A DNA stretch of 61,651 nt, filler included, from a bacterium (GTDB lineage Bacteria > JAMOTN01): NCBI GenBank assembly GCA_027062325.1. It is 3 parts of 3 records of this genome, joined end to end, with 100 filler letters (N's around TTAATTAATTAA, not from the genome) between each part and the next. Parts side by side here need not be neighbours in the genome. Positions count along the whole stretch, not along the records: positions 1 to 28,465 come from JAMOTN010000050.1; 2 more parts are not named here. One strand, written 5' to 3'. Positions 1 through 9,850 of the stretch are shown here, in pieces (the stretch's first letter is position 1; every line of letters starts with the position of its first letter). A model generated the notes under the pieces. That model made no database searches, was not told where the DNA came from, and saw nothing but the letters and a program-made list of their open reading frames with translations. Made by a program: the position numbers and the translations under genes.

Positions 1-918
1 TTTAAGGGGAAACTTGTTGTTTTTAATAATACGCGAGTTGTTAGAGCAAGGCTTTTGGGAAAGAGGTTGACAGGTGGAAAGTCTGAAATATTTTTGTTGA
101 GAAAACTTGGGGAGTGGCCAAATGAGGAAAGTAGCCCAAATAGCCCAAAAGAAGAAAAAATTATTCAATGGGAAGCTTTAGTAAGGCCGGCTAAGAAATT
201 GAAAGAGGGGACAGCAGTTGTATTTGGAAATTGGCATGGTTGGGCTGTTATTGAAAAAGTTTTAGATGAAAAAAGGAGAGTTGTTAGTGTTGATGAAGAT
301 ACTGTTGAGTTGTTTGGAAAAGTGCCGCTTCCTCCTTACATAAAGAGAAAAAGTGATGAAGTTGACGGTAGAATGTATCAGACTGTGTTTGCTAAGAAAG
401 ATGGAAGCGTTGCAGCGCCTACTGCTTCTCTGCACTTTTCGGAGGGGCAGATAGATAGGATAAGGCAGATTGCAGATGCTTGTTATGTTACTCTTCATGT
501 CGGTTGGGGGACTTTCAAAAAGCTTGAAAAGGAAGATTTTGAAAAGGGAAGGTTGCATTTTGAAATGTGCTATGTATCAGAGGATAGTGCCAGTAAAATT
601 TTAAAGGCGAAGTCTCAAGGAAAAAAGGTACTTGCAGTTGGAACAACGGTTGTAAGAACTTTAGAAAGTGCTGCTTACTTTGAGGGAGAGGAATTAAAGT
701 TGAAGGTAGGGAGTTTTGAGACGGATCTATTTATAAAGCCAGGTTATAGATTCAAAGTGGTTGATTATCTTTTCACTAACTTTCATCTTCCTCGTTCTTC
801 ACTGCTTGCTTTGGTGTACGCCTTTGCAGGAAAAGATCTTGTTAGAAAAGCTTATAAATATGCTATAAGTAAACGATTTAAATTCTTCTCATATGGTGAT
901 GCTATGCTTATAATTTAA
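1..918 (+). CDS. queA: SAM:tRNA ribosyltransferase-isomerase (5' truncated by window)
   Basis: Frame is open from base 1 (VFNNTRV); motifs PLPPYIKR, YQTVFA, GSVAAPTASLHF, TNFHLP, FFSYGDAM. Confidence 0.97.
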   Translation, partial: FKGKLVVFNNTRVVRARLLGKRLTGGKSEIFLLRKLGEWPNEESSPNSPKEEKIIQWEALVRPAKKLKEGTAVVFGNWHGWAVIEKVLDEKRRVVSVDEDTVELFGKVPLPPYIKRKSDEVDGRMYQTVFAKKDGSVAAPTASLHFSEGQIDRIRQIADACYVTLHVGWGTFKKLEKEDFEKGRLHFEMCYVSEDSASKILKAKSQGKKVLAVGTTVVRTLESAAYFEGEELKLKVGSFETDLFIKPGYRFKVVDYLFTNFHLPRSSLLALVYAFAGKDLVRKAYKYAISKRFKFFSYGDAMLII

Positions 919-941
919 TGGATAAATTTGTCGGTTTTCTG

Positions 942-971
942 TTTACAAATGCTGGGGCTGTAAATTATCAT
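942..971 (+). promoter_or_regulatory. Possible sigma70 promoter for the pilin-like and sigma genes
   Basis: TTTACA-N18-TATCAT in the intergenic region. Confidence 0.4.
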
Positions 972-975
972 CTAA

Positions 976-1872
976 GTGAAGCTGTGTGTGGAGGTTTGGA
1001 GTTTGATAGAAGTTGTCTTGAATGTAAAGGGTAGAAGGGCATTTACTCTTGTAGAATTAATGGTTGTAGTAGTAATAATAGGGATACTAGTTGCAATCAT
1101 TATTCCGAATGTGGCAGATACTATAAGAGATGCGCGCTATGAACATGCAAAAGATGTTGCTCACAATCTTGTAAAGTTGGTAAAGCAGTACATAATGGAT
1201 AACGGGGTTCCACCATCTAATTTGAATGTTCTATTTGATGAAGGTTACATAGAAGATAAAAGTATTTTGACGTCTCCTTGGGGAACTCCATATTTGATCG
1301 ATCATCACCGTGTTTATACCGTATTTGAAGATATGGGTAGGACTGTGACAATAGAGGCGTACTGGCTACATCCAAATGTTGCAAGTTTTAGAGAGAAGGT
1401 TTGGAGTTTCCAGAATGCTTATCCTACTTCAGAGGGAATATGTGTTTTGCAAGATGCGGCTAGAGTTATCTTACTCTCGTATGGGACGAATGGAGTATGG
1501 AAAGCTTCAACTTGGGAAGTAGAGATGAAGATCAGGAAAAGTGGAAGTGCTTCTGCTGAGATTGATTTTGGAGATGTAAAGTTAGTATTGGATGATTTGT
1601 ATTGGAAAGTGCTTGATAAAGAAGGGAATTTTTTGACTAACTCTGAGGGAGCAGAGTGTATTGGTGGTTGGGTTGATGAGATAAGGTTTGTAATGAAGAG
1701 GATAAAAAGAGCGGATGGGTGGTATTACACAGGAGAGGTTAACAATGCGTTTGATTTTGAGTATGGGCCGGTAGAGAGACCTTTTACAAAGTTTTGGGTG
1801 GTAGGGCGGGGGATCATGATCACCAATTTGATATTGAATGATATTGATTTTTCTAAAGCGAAGCTGCGTTAA
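976..1872 (+). CDS. Type IV pilin / GspG-like prepilin with an extra C-terminal domain (start probably TTG 1003 or 1018)
   Basis: RRA|FTLVELMVVVVIIGILVAIIIP N-methylation motif; GspG-like PWGTPY. Confidence 0.85.
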   Translation: MKLCVEVWSLIEVVLNVKGRRAFTLVELMVVVVIIGILVAIIIPNVADTIRDARYEHAKDVAHNLVKLVKQYIMDNGVPPSNLNVLFDEGYIEDKSILTSPWGTPYLIDHHRVYTVFEDMGRTVTIEAYWLHPNVASFREKVWSFQNAYPTSEGICVLQDAARVILLSYGTNGVWKASTWEVEMKIRKSGSASAEIDFGDVKLVLDDLYWKVLDKEGNFLTNSEGAECIGGWVDEIRFVMKRIKRADGWYYTGEVNNAFDFEYGPVERPFTKFWVVGRGIMITNLILNDIDFSKAKLR

Positions 1873-1891
1873 CTTGGTGGGTGGGGTGTAG

Positions 1892-2716
1892 ATGAGAGAT
1901 TCGGTAGAGTGGTATTTGAAAAAGTTGAAGGATAAGAAAGTTTTAACTAGAGAAGAGGAGCAAGAATTGTTGCGCATAATGAAGGAAGGAGATGAGGAGG
2001 AGAGAAAGAAAGCTCGTGAAATTTTGATACTAGCAAATTTGCGTCTTGTTGTAAGCATTGTTAAGAAGTATACGAGTAGGGTTTTGCTATTTTTAGATCT
2101 TGTTCAGGAAGGAAATTTGGCTTTGATGCATTCTCTTGAAAAGTTTGAATACAAGTATGGATTTAAGTTTTCCACGTATGCTACTTGGTGGATAAGGCAA
2201 GCTGTTAATCGTGCTATGGCAGATTACTTTCATTTAACCAAACTTCCTGTTCACGTTTTAGAGCAGTTTAATAAGTTCAAAAAAGTTTATGCCCGTTTGA
2301 GAGAAGACTTGAAGAGAGAACCGACGTTTGATGAGCTTGCAAAGAAACTTAATATAACAGTTGACAAGGTTAGGGAGTACTACAATTTAATGAATACTCC
2401 TGTTTCTACTGATGAAAAAATAGGAGAGGATTCGGAGCTTGCTGATTTTATAAAGGCTGATTATAGTGTTGAAAAAAATGTAATGAGAAAGTTTTTGGAA
2501 GAGCAGCTTGAGGAGATTTTAAAGGTGTTGACTCCTCAAGAAAGAGAGGTCATAGAATTAAGATTTGGTTTAAGGGGTGAAGAGCCTCTTTCTTTTAGAA
2601 AAGTTGCTGAGAGAATGGGAATATCTGCTTCCACAGTTAGAAGAGTTGAGGCAAGAGCATTGGAAAAGTTGCGAAAAGAGGCTCGAAAGAGAGATATAGA
2701 AAGCTATGATGTTTGA
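1892..2716 (+). CDS. RpoD/RpoS-like sigma-70 factor lacking region 1.1
   Basis: [28 protein letters not shown]; regions 3 and 4 present. Confidence 0.93.
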   Translation: MRDSVEWYLKKLKDKKVLTREEEQELLRIMKEGDEEERKKAREILILANLRLVVSIVKKYTSRVLLFLDLVQEGNLALMHSLEKFEYKYGFKFSTYATWWIRQAVNRAMADYFHLTKLPVHVLEQFNKFKKVYARLREDLKREPTFDELAKKLNITVDKVREYYNLMNTPVSTDEKIGEDSELADFIKADYSVEKNVMRKFLEEQLEEILKVLTPQEREVIELRFGLRGEEPLSFRKVAERMGISASTVRRVEARALEKLRKEARKRDIESYDV

Positions 2717-2820
2717 GTTTTTAATCTGTAATTTTGTTAATGTATAGGGCATTTGTTATTATCAAATGATGATGAGGCTGGACTTGTGATATTGGTATGC
2801 TCTACAAAGTTTTCTAGGAG

Positions 2821-4140
2821 ATGTTAAAGGGGGGAGACGTTGTGGGAAGAACTTTTGCATACGGTGGAATTCACCCCGAGTACAACAAACACTTAAGTAG
2901 GGACAAGAAGATTGAAGTATTTGATCTTGTTGATGAGTACTACGTTCCTATGCAGCAGCACATAGGGAAGCCTGCTCGCTGCCTTGTTAAGAAAGGAGAT
3001 AAGGTAGAGGTTGGACAAAAGATTGGAGAGGCAGATGGATTTATCTCTGCAAACATTCATGCTCCTGTTACAGGAACTGTGGTTGACGTTGTTCGTTGGC
3101 CAACTCCCGTTGGATTTGAAGTTGAAACTGTTGTGATAGAGAGAGATAAGGCTTACAAAGGTGAGATGCAGCTGCGTGACAGAAACTGGAGGACTTTAGC
3201 TGTAAAAGAGCTTTTGGAGATTGTAAAAGAGGCAGGAATTGTTGGATTGGGTGGAGCTACGTTTCCAACCCATGTTAAGTTGGCTCCACAAGATCATGTG
3301 GATGTGCTACTTCTGAATGGAGCGGAGTGTGAGCCGTATTTGACGTGTGATCACAGGATAATGGTTGAGCGTGCTGAGGATATAGTAACAGGTGCTCAGA
3401 TAATGGCAAAAATTTTGGGTGTGGAAAGAATAATAATTGGAGTTGAAGATAACAAGCCTGATGCAATAGATGCATTGAGGCATGCAAGTTTAAAAATTCC
3501 AAGCATAAAAGTTGTAGAATTGGAGACGGCGTATCCTCAGGGAGCTGAGAAGCAGCTCATATATGCTTGTACAGGAAGAGTTGTTCCTAAAGGGGCACTA
3601 CCTTCCAAAGCTGGTGTCGTTGTAAACAACGTTGGAACTGCACTTGCTGTTTTTGAGGCTGTTGTATTTGGGAAACCCCTTATTGAACGAGTTGTAACAG
3701 TTACTGGAAAAGTAGGGATGCCTGCAAATCTGCTTATAAGAATAGGAACGCCGTTTGAGAAAGTGTTGAAGGTTGCGGAGATTGCAACAGAAACTCCCAA
3801 GATTATATCCGGTGGTCCAATGATGGGAATAGCGCAATCAACACTTTCTGTTCCAGTTGTTAAGGGAACTAGTGGAATACTAGTTTTAGATGAAGGAGAG
3901 GCTGCAAACTGGGAAGAGTGGAATGATTGTTTGAACTGTGCAGCTTGCATAGATGCATGTCCTATGAATTTGTTGCCTTCTGTGTTTTCAAGAGGAGTTG
4001 AGCTTGGTAAGATTGAGGATCTTAGGAAATTGGATGTGATGAGTTGTATAGAGTGTGGATGTTGTTCTTATGTGTGTCCAGCAGGAAGGCCAATTGTCCA
4101 ATTTATAAGGGTTGCTAAGGCAATTTTAAGAAGAGGATAG
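2821..4140 (+). CDS. rnfC: Rnf complex subunit C (start probably GTG 2842)
   Basis: GGIHP, QHIG.PA, GLGGATFPTHVK, NGAECEPY, two C-terminal 4Fe-4S motifs. Confidence 0.97.
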   Translation: MLKGGDVVGRTFAYGGIHPEYNKHLSRDKKIEVFDLVDEYYVPMQQHIGKPARCLVKKGDKVEVGQKIGEADGFISANIHAPVTGTVVDVVRWPTPVGFEVETVVIERDKAYKGEMQLRDRNWRTLAVKELLEIVKEAGIVGLGGATFPTHVKLAPQDHVDVLLLNGAECEPYLTCDHRIMVERAEDIVTGAQIMAKILGVERIIIGVEDNKPDAIDALRHASLKIPSIKVVELETAYPQGAEKQLIYACTGRVVPKGALPSKAGVVVNNVGTALAVFEAVVFGKPLIERVVTVTGKVGMPANLLIRIGTPFEKVLKVAEIATETPKIISGGPMMGIAQSTLSVPVVKGTSGILVLDEGEAANWEEWNDCLNCAACIDACPMNLLPSVFSRGVELGKIEDLRKLDVMSCIECGCCSYVCPAGRPIVQFIRVAKAILRRG

Positions 4141-4196
4141 TCGTTATTTATGGTAATAGAAGAAACATGATTTTGTAAGAGGGGAGGGAGGAGATT

Positions 4197-5219
4197 GTGA
4201 GGATACCTTACAACTTGGAAGAGCGATTTAAAGTTAGTTCATCACCACACGTTAGGAAATCTTGGACTGTTAGAAGTGTCATGCTAGATGTATTGATAGC
4301 TCTTATTCCAGCAGTGCTTGCAAGTTGGTACTTTTTTGGAATAAGAGCCATGCTTGTTGAGCTTGTTTGTGTATTAGCCGCTGTTTTATCTGAAGCAATT
4401 GTTCAATACCTATTTTTTGAAAAAGTTACAGTTGATGATTTGAGCGCGGTTGTTACAGGTTTATTGCTTGCAATGTGTTTGCCTCCAAGTTTGCCGTTGT
4501 GGATTGCGGCTGTTGGTTCGATTGTAGCAATTATAATAGGAAAGCAGGTGTTTGGCGGGTTAGGAAATAATCCATTCAACCCGGCACACGTTGGTAGGGC
4601 AGTGTTACTCGCTTCTTGGCCTGTTTACATGACTACTTGGATGGTGCCAACAAAACCTGGAACTAGTCAGTGGTTGGGGACAGATATTGTCACTTCAGCA
4701 ACTCCTCTTGGAATGTTGAAAGAGAGTGGTTATAACTGGGCAGTTGTTGCTAAAAAGGTAAGTTTGTGGGATCTTTGGATTGGGAATGTGGGTGGATCCC
4801 TTGGTGAAACAAGTGCCATAGCTATTTTGATTGGAGGACTTTACCTATTGTGGAGAGGTGTTATAACTTGGCATATCCCAGTAACTTATTTGGGAACGGT
4901 ATTTCTATTGTCGCTCATATTTGAAGGACCTGCTAAGCACATTGCTGATGCTGTTGTGTATCCTCCTCTATTTCATTTGGCAGCTGGTGGTTTGATGATC
5001 GGTGCTTGGTTTATGGCCACCGATATGGTTACTACTCCTTTGAGCAAAGGTGGGAGGATTGCGTTTGGAATAGGTGCTGGTGTTTTGGTCTTCTTGATAA
5101 GAAAATTTGGAGGATATCCAGAGGGAGTTTGTTATTCAATTTTGATAATGAATGCTTTCACACCGCTTCTTGATAGGATATTCAAACCTAAAACTTTTGG
5201 TGAGGTGACTCAGGGATGA
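4197..5219 (+). CDS. rnfD: Rnf complex subunit D
   Basis: SSSPH, GGLGNNPFNPA, TSATPL FMN site, FMATD. Confidence 0.97.
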   Translation: MRIPYNLEERFKVSSSPHVRKSWTVRSVMLDVLIALIPAVLASWYFFGIRAMLVELVCVLAAVLSEAIVQYLFFEKVTVDDLSAVVTGLLLAMCLPPSLPLWIAAVGSIVAIIIGKQVFGGLGNNPFNPAHVGRAVLLASWPVYMTTWMVPTKPGTSQWLGTDIVTSATPLGMLKESGYNWAVVAKKVSLWDLWIGNVGGSLGETSAIAILIGGLYLLWRGVITWHIPVTYLGTVFLLSLIFEGPAKHIADAVVYPPLFHLAAGGLMIGAWFMATDMVTTPLSKGGRIAFGIGAGVLVFLIRKFGGYPEGVCYSILIMNAFTPLLDRIFKPKTFGEVTQG

Positions 5220-6175
5220 AGGGAATATGGCCTATATTGGCGTTGACTATAGTGGCTGTTATCTCTGGAGCAGTTTTGAGTTGGATTTGGGATAAAACCA
5301 ATCCAATAATTACCAGAATGGATAGAGAAAAAGAGGAGATAGCGCGCCGCATGTTAGTTGTTCCAGAGGATATAGACTTATCTATGATTCCGTCTGGCGT
5401 TTATTCATGGCCAAATTTGGGAGTGAAAGACAGAAATGGGTTTGAAAGTTTTAAGGGAAAAGAAGGAGTCCAAGAGTACTTATTGATTTGGATAGACGAT
5501 TTGAAGAAAGTCCATGTGAAGTACAACGTGCCGAAAGATAAGGCAAAGTTTATTGAGAAAGCTGTTGAAGCCATAAATAAAAGCATGAAGATCACACCGC
5601 AAATTTGTGGGGATTGGGATGTCTATCAGCTGTTTAAAAAGGCTATAAGCTCTACTGTTAACTTTAAAAAAGTCCTTGTGTTAGCTGATGGCACCAAGAT
5701 TGAAGCTAGTAAAGATGGATTTATAGGTAAGGATGGACAAAAATACGTGGTAAAAGGTGATAAGGTGTTCTGTAATGGTAAAGAGGTAAAAGGAAAGGTT
5801 TACTACATAGCTTATTTAGGGGGGAAGCGAGTTGCTGCGGTATTTAAAGTTGAGCCTGTTGGATATTCTAGTAAATTGCCGACACTTGTTGCTGCAACTT
5901 TTGATGGAACAGTTCTTGGTATCAAAATTCTCTCTCAGAGTGAGACTCCCGGCCTTGGAGCACGTTGCGTGGAGATAAAAGAGGGAGAGCACGAACCATG
6001 GTTCCAGAAGCAATTTTCTGGTTTGAAGGTTGACGAGATTTACTTGACTGAAAAAGATGAAAAACCCGGTAAAATTCATCAAATTACGGCTTCTACTATC
6101 ACCTCTAGGGCAGTTACCAAGGGAGTAAGAGAAGGTGTGCAGGAGTTTCTCAAAATGTTTGGTAAGGAGGGATAA
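5216..6175 (+). CDS. rnfG: Rnf complex subunit G, with a large insertion
   Basis: N-terminal TM helix, GYSS, ETPGLG, ITASTITSRAV; position in operon. Confidence 0.9.
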   Translation: MKGIWPILALTIVAVISGAVLSWIWDKTNPIITRMDREKEEIARRMLVVPEDIDLSMIPSGVYSWPNLGVKDRNGFESFKGKEGVQEYLLIWIDDLKKVHVKYNVPKDKAKFIEKAVEAINKSMKITPQICGDWDVYQLFKKAISSTVNFKKVLVLADGTKIEASKDGFIGKDGQKYVVKGDKVFCNGKEVKGKVYYIAYLGGKRVAAVFKVEPVGYSSKLPTLVAATFDGTVLGIKILSQSETPGLGARCVEIKEGEHEPWFQKQFSGLKVDEIYLTEKDEKPGKIHQITASTITSRAVTKGVREGVQEFLKMFGKEG

Positions 6176-6177
6176 GA

Positions 6178-6762
6178 ATGAGGTTTTTTAGGATAATATG
6201 GGATGGAATTACAAAAGAAAATCAGGTTTTCAAAGCAGCCCTTGGTTTGTGTCCAACGCTTGCAGTTTCTACCTCTGTTGAAAATGCTATTGGAATGGGT
6301 GTAGCTGCTACTTTGGTTTTAATTGGTTCAAACTTTGTTGTATCTCTTATAAGGAATTGGGTGCCCAAGCAGGTTAGAATTCCAATATTTATTGTTGTTA
6401 TTGCAACTTTTGTGACCGCTGTTGATTTGACGATGCATGCTTATTTTCCAGCTCTTCATGAAAAACTTGGAATATTTGTTCCATTGATAGTTGTTAACTG
6501 TATAATCTTGGGAAGGGCAGAAGCTTTTGCTTCTAAAAACAATCCTTTTTATTCAATAGCGGATGGAATTGGAATTGGAATTGGTTTTATGTTGGGATTA
6601 ATGCTTCTAGCAACTTTTAGAGAAGTATTAGGAGCTGGGACTTTCTTGGGTAAAAGCTTAGGAATAAAGGAACCTGCTCTCATTATGATTTTGCCACCTG
6701 GAGCATTCTTAACAATAGGATTCTTGATGGCATTCTTCAACTGGGCAGGAGGGGATAAGTAA
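6178..6762 (+). CDS. rnfE: Rnf complex subunit E
   Basis: LGLCPTLAV, PLIVVNCIILGRAEAFA, LPPGAF. Confidence 0.97.
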   Translation: MRFFRIIWDGITKENQVFKAALGLCPTLAVSTSVENAIGMGVAATLVLIGSNFVVSLIRNWVPKQVRIPIFIVVIATFVTAVDLTMHAYFPALHEKLGIFVPLIVVNCIILGRAEAFASKNNPFYSIADGIGIGIGFMLGLMLLATFREVLGAGTFLGKSLGIKEPALIMILPPGAFLTIGFLMAFFNWAGGDK

Positions 6763-7343
6763 TGGAGTTGAAAGAGTTATTTGCAATATTTATGGCTAGT
6801 GTTTTTTCTCAAAATATTGTATTAACTCAGTTTTTGGGAATATGCCCGTTTATGGGAGTTTCCAAGAAGCTGGAGACGGCTGTTGGAATGTCAGGAGCAG
6901 TTTTGTTTGTTATGCTGCTTGCAAGTATTGTTACGTATTTCTTGCAGTATTATGTTTTAGTTCCGTATGGGATAGGTTATCTTCAAACTGTTACGTTTAT
7001 ATTGGTTATAGCAAGTTTAGTGCAGTTTGTTGAGATGGTTATGCAGAAGTTTTTCCCAGCTCTTTATGCAGCGTTGGGAATATTTTTGCCGCTGATAACA
7101 ACTAACTGTGCTGTTTTAGGTGTTGCGCTTTTGAACATAAAGAAACACTATAACTTTGTGGAGATGATAGTTCACACCGTGGGAATAGCAACTGGTTTTG
7201 CACTGGCATTGGTTTTGCTTGCGACTTTGAGAGAGAGATTGGAATTTGCTAAAATTCCGAAGCCATTTCAGGGCTTACCTATAGCTTTTATTACTGCAGG
7301 TTTGCTTGCAGTTGCCTTTATGGGTTTCATAGGATTGTTCTAG
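6762..7343 (+). CDS. rnfA: Rnf complex subunit A
   Basis: FLGICPFMGVS, LPLITTNCAVLG. Confidence 0.97.
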   Translation: MELKELFAIFMASVFSQNIVLTQFLGICPFMGVSKKLETAVGMSGAVLFVMLLASIVTYFLQYYVLVPYGIGYLQTVTFILVIASLVQFVEMVMQKFFPALYAALGIFLPLITTNCAVLGVALLNIKKHYNFVEMIVHTVGIATGFALALVLLATLRERLEFAKIPKPFQGLPIAFITAGLLAVAFMGFIGLF

Positions 7344-7346
7344 TTA

Positions 7347-7802
7347 TTGGGTATCTTAGGAGTGGTTGTGTTGAAAGATATTAAGAGTAGGTTGGTTTTT
7401 GCAGTGTTTGTAATTGCGTTATTAGTGTTTATAGGATATGAGCAGGGGAAGAGAAGTAGTTGTGAGAGGGATTTTTTGATAGGGGAAACTGTTGCTGAAA
7501 AAGTTACGAAAGAGGTTGCGATTAGTGAAGGAGCCTTGAATAGAAAAGTTGATACTGATGAAGTGAAAATATGGCCCACCCAAAAAGATCTTCCCTTACT
7601 AATAAAGCACTTGCCGAGGTTTGATTGTGGTGCGTGTGGATTTCCTACGTGCCGGGCTTTTGCAGAGGCTGTAATTGAAAAAAAGGCTTCTTACAGGGGA
7701 TGCTTCATAGATATGAGAAGGGGTGGAAGATTTGTTAGATGGTTTGAGGAGAAGTGGTTAAAAAATGCTAAGGGTGAGAAAGCTTTTAAAAAGGCTAAGT
7801 AA
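7347..7802 (+). CDS. Membrane-anchored Fe-S protein with an RnfB N-terminal-type cluster domain (start probably 7368 or 7371)
   Basis: TM helix followed by LPRFD-CGACGFPTC-x16-C. Confidence 0.8.
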   Translation: MGILGVVVLKDIKSRLVFAVFVIALLVFIGYEQGKRSSCERDFLIGETVAEKVTKEVAISEGALNRKVDTDEVKIWPTQKDLPLLIKHLPRFDCGACGFPTCRAFAEAVIEKKASYRGCFIDMRRGGRFVRWFEEKWLKNAKGEKAFKKAK

Positions 7803-7833
7803 AAGAGGGAATACTAAAAAAGGGGTGGTATAG

Positions 7834-8796
7834 ATGGCTGCTGTGATAACTATGGCAGTTTTAGGAATCTTCTTTGGAGGTGTTTTAGCCTTAAGTGCTA
7901 AGTATTTGAAAGTTGAAGAGGATCCACGTGTTGAGAAGATAGCTGAAATTTTACCACAAGCTAACTGTGGAGCTTGTGGATATCCTGGATGTAGTGGATT
8001 TGCTAAAGCTGTTGTGTCAGGGGAGGCTCCTGTAACTGGTTGTTTGCCCGGTGGAAAAGAGGTGGCTAAGAAGATAGCTGAAATTTTGGGAGTTGAAGCC
8101 GGAGCAATTGAAGAAAAAGTTGCTTTTGTTTTCTGCTCAGGGGGAGATAGAGCTAAGGATAAAAATAGATATGCAGGGATTGAGTCTTGTACGGCAGCTA
8201 AGGCCTTGGGGGGAACTAAGGCATGCTACTTTGCATGTTATGGTTTGGGAGATTGTGTTGAGGCATGTCCATTTGATGCGATTCACATTGTTGATGGGCG
8301 TGCTGTGGTTGATTTTGAAAAGTGTACAGGTTGTGGTGCTTGCGTTAAGGCATGTCCACAAGGAATCATAGAGCTTATTCCTCGTAGTAAAGCTGTAGTG
8401 TTTGTCGCTTGTTCTTCATGTGATTCCGGAGCTATTGCTAGGAAGTACTGTGCAAATCCATGTATAGGGTGTAAAATGTGTGAGCGAGTATGTCCCACAG
8501 GTGCTATAAAAGTTGAGGGAAATCTTGCACGCATAGATTATGAGAAATGTATAGGTTGTGGAGCATGTGCTGCTGTGTGTCCAACAAAGGTCATAAGATT
8601 TGATGGAGTCCATAAGGTGGCAAAAATTAACGATGACTGTGTTGGGTGCACTCTTTGTGCTAAAGTATGCCCTGTTAAAGCAATTACGGGTGAGGTTAAG
8701 GAGAAACATGAGGTTGATCCAGACAAATGTGTTGGTTGTACGAAGTGCGTTGAAAAGTGTCCTAAGAATGCAATAGAGATGGTTGAGAAGCAATAG
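7834..8796 (+). CDS. rnfB: Rnf complex subunit B (polyferredoxin type)
   Basis: LPQANCGACGYPGC plus multiple CxxCxxCxxxCP motifs. Confidence 0.96.
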   Translation: MAAVITMAVLGIFFGGVLALSAKYLKVEEDPRVEKIAEILPQANCGACGYPGCSGFAKAVVSGEAPVTGCLPGGKEVAKKIAEILGVEAGAIEEKVAFVFCSGGDRAKDKNRYAGIESCTAAKALGGTKACYFACYGLGDCVEACPFDAIHIVDGRAVVDFEKCTGCGACVKACPQGIIELIPRSKAVVFVACSSCDSGAIARKYCANPCIGCKMCERVCPTGAIKVEGNLARIDYEKCIGCGACAAVCPTKVIRFDGVHKVAKINDDCVGCTLCAKVCPVKAITGEVKEKHEVDPDKCVGCTKCVEKCPKNAIEMVEKQ

Positions 8797-8819
8797 CTTA
8801 CTTTTGCAGGTGAAGGTTT

Positions 8820-9821
8820 ATGAAAGAGATAAATGATAAGTTTTGGACAAGAGAGGGAGAAAGAGTAAGGTGTGATATATGTCCTGCTCGTTGCAGTTTA
8901 AAGGATGGGGAGATAAGCCGTTGCTTGACTAAGAAAAATGTTGATGGGAGATTAGTGGAGTTGAATTATGGTGAAGTTACTGCTCTTGCAGTAGATCCAA
9001 TAGAAAAGAAGCCTCTTTATCACTACAAACCAACTACCCAAATTCTATCGATTGGAAGTTGGGGTTGTACTTTGAAGTGCAAGTTCTGTCAAAATTGGCA
9101 AATTTCAACCCAACGGCCTGCTCTAGTTGAAAAGATTGAACCAGAAAATCTTGTAGCTTTTGTTGTGAATAACGGAGTCAAAGATATTGCTTTTACTTAC
9201 AATGAACCGTTTGTGTCTGTTCAATGGCTGATTGATGTGCTGCCTCTGCTTGTGGAAGAAGGGGTGGATATCGTTCTTGTAAGCAATGGAGTGGTTAATA
9301 GAGAGGTTGCAGAGGCTGTTTTACCCTATGTAAAAGCGGTTGCGCTGGATTTGAAAGGAGATAGAGATTTTTACAAAACATTCTGTGGTTTGAATGCTTT
9401 TGACACGGTTATTGATTTTGCAAAGATGTGTTTGGATATGGGAGTTTGGCTTGAGGTGATATGGTTGCTTATAGAGGGGGCTAATGATGATTTCTTTTCG
9501 AAGCTAATGGGGGTTTATGAGAGTTATTTGAAAGAGTGGGTTCCACTTCACATAAGTGCCTATTATCCGGCTTATAAGCTTCATTTTCCTCCAACTTCTC
9601 CGGCTGCAGTAATGCGATTTGCAGAGGAAGCTTCCAAAAGTTTAAAGTTTGTTTACTCTGGAAATATATTGGATAAAGAAAAGAGCTCTACATATTGTCC
9701 AAAATGTGGAGCTCTTTTGATAGAACGTGTTGGGTATGAAGTATTAGTGAAAAATTTGGATATGGAGTCTGGTAAGTGTTTAAAGTGTGGAGAGAAGATA
9801 GAGGGAGTTTGGGGATTTTGA
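8820..9821 (+). CDS. amrS: AmmeMemoRadiSam-type radical SAM enzyme
   Basis: DPIEKKPLYH, CTLKCKFCQNW, FTYNEP, C-terminal CPKC and CLKC. Confidence 0.88.
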   Translation: MKEINDKFWTREGERVRCDICPARCSLKDGEISRCLTKKNVDGRLVELNYGEVTALAVDPIEKKPLYHYKPTTQILSIGSWGCTLKCKFCQNWQISTQRPALVEKIEPENLVAFVVNNGVKDIAFTYNEPFVSVQWLIDVLPLLVEEGVDIVLVSNGVVNREVAEAVLPYVKAVALDLKGDRDFYKTFCGLNAFDTVIDFAKMCLDMGVWLEVIWLLIEGANDDFFSKLMGVYESYLKEWVPLHISAYYPAYKLHFPPTSPAAVMRFAEEASKSLKFVYSGNILDKEKSSTYCPKCGALLIERVGYEVLVKNLDMESGKCLKCGEKIEGVWGF

Positions 9822-9850
9822 GAGAGGCTTAAACTTATGGAGGGAAAAGA

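Noticed and set aside
2751-2767. Imperfect palindrome ATTTGTTATTATCAAAT upstream of rnfC as a Rex/FNR/Fur site
   Set aside because: AT-rich and spacing does not fit the consensus; insufficient support
7834-8796. Internal repeats in rnfB
   Set aside because: Explained by repeated ferredoxin motifs; not a CRISPR array or VNTR
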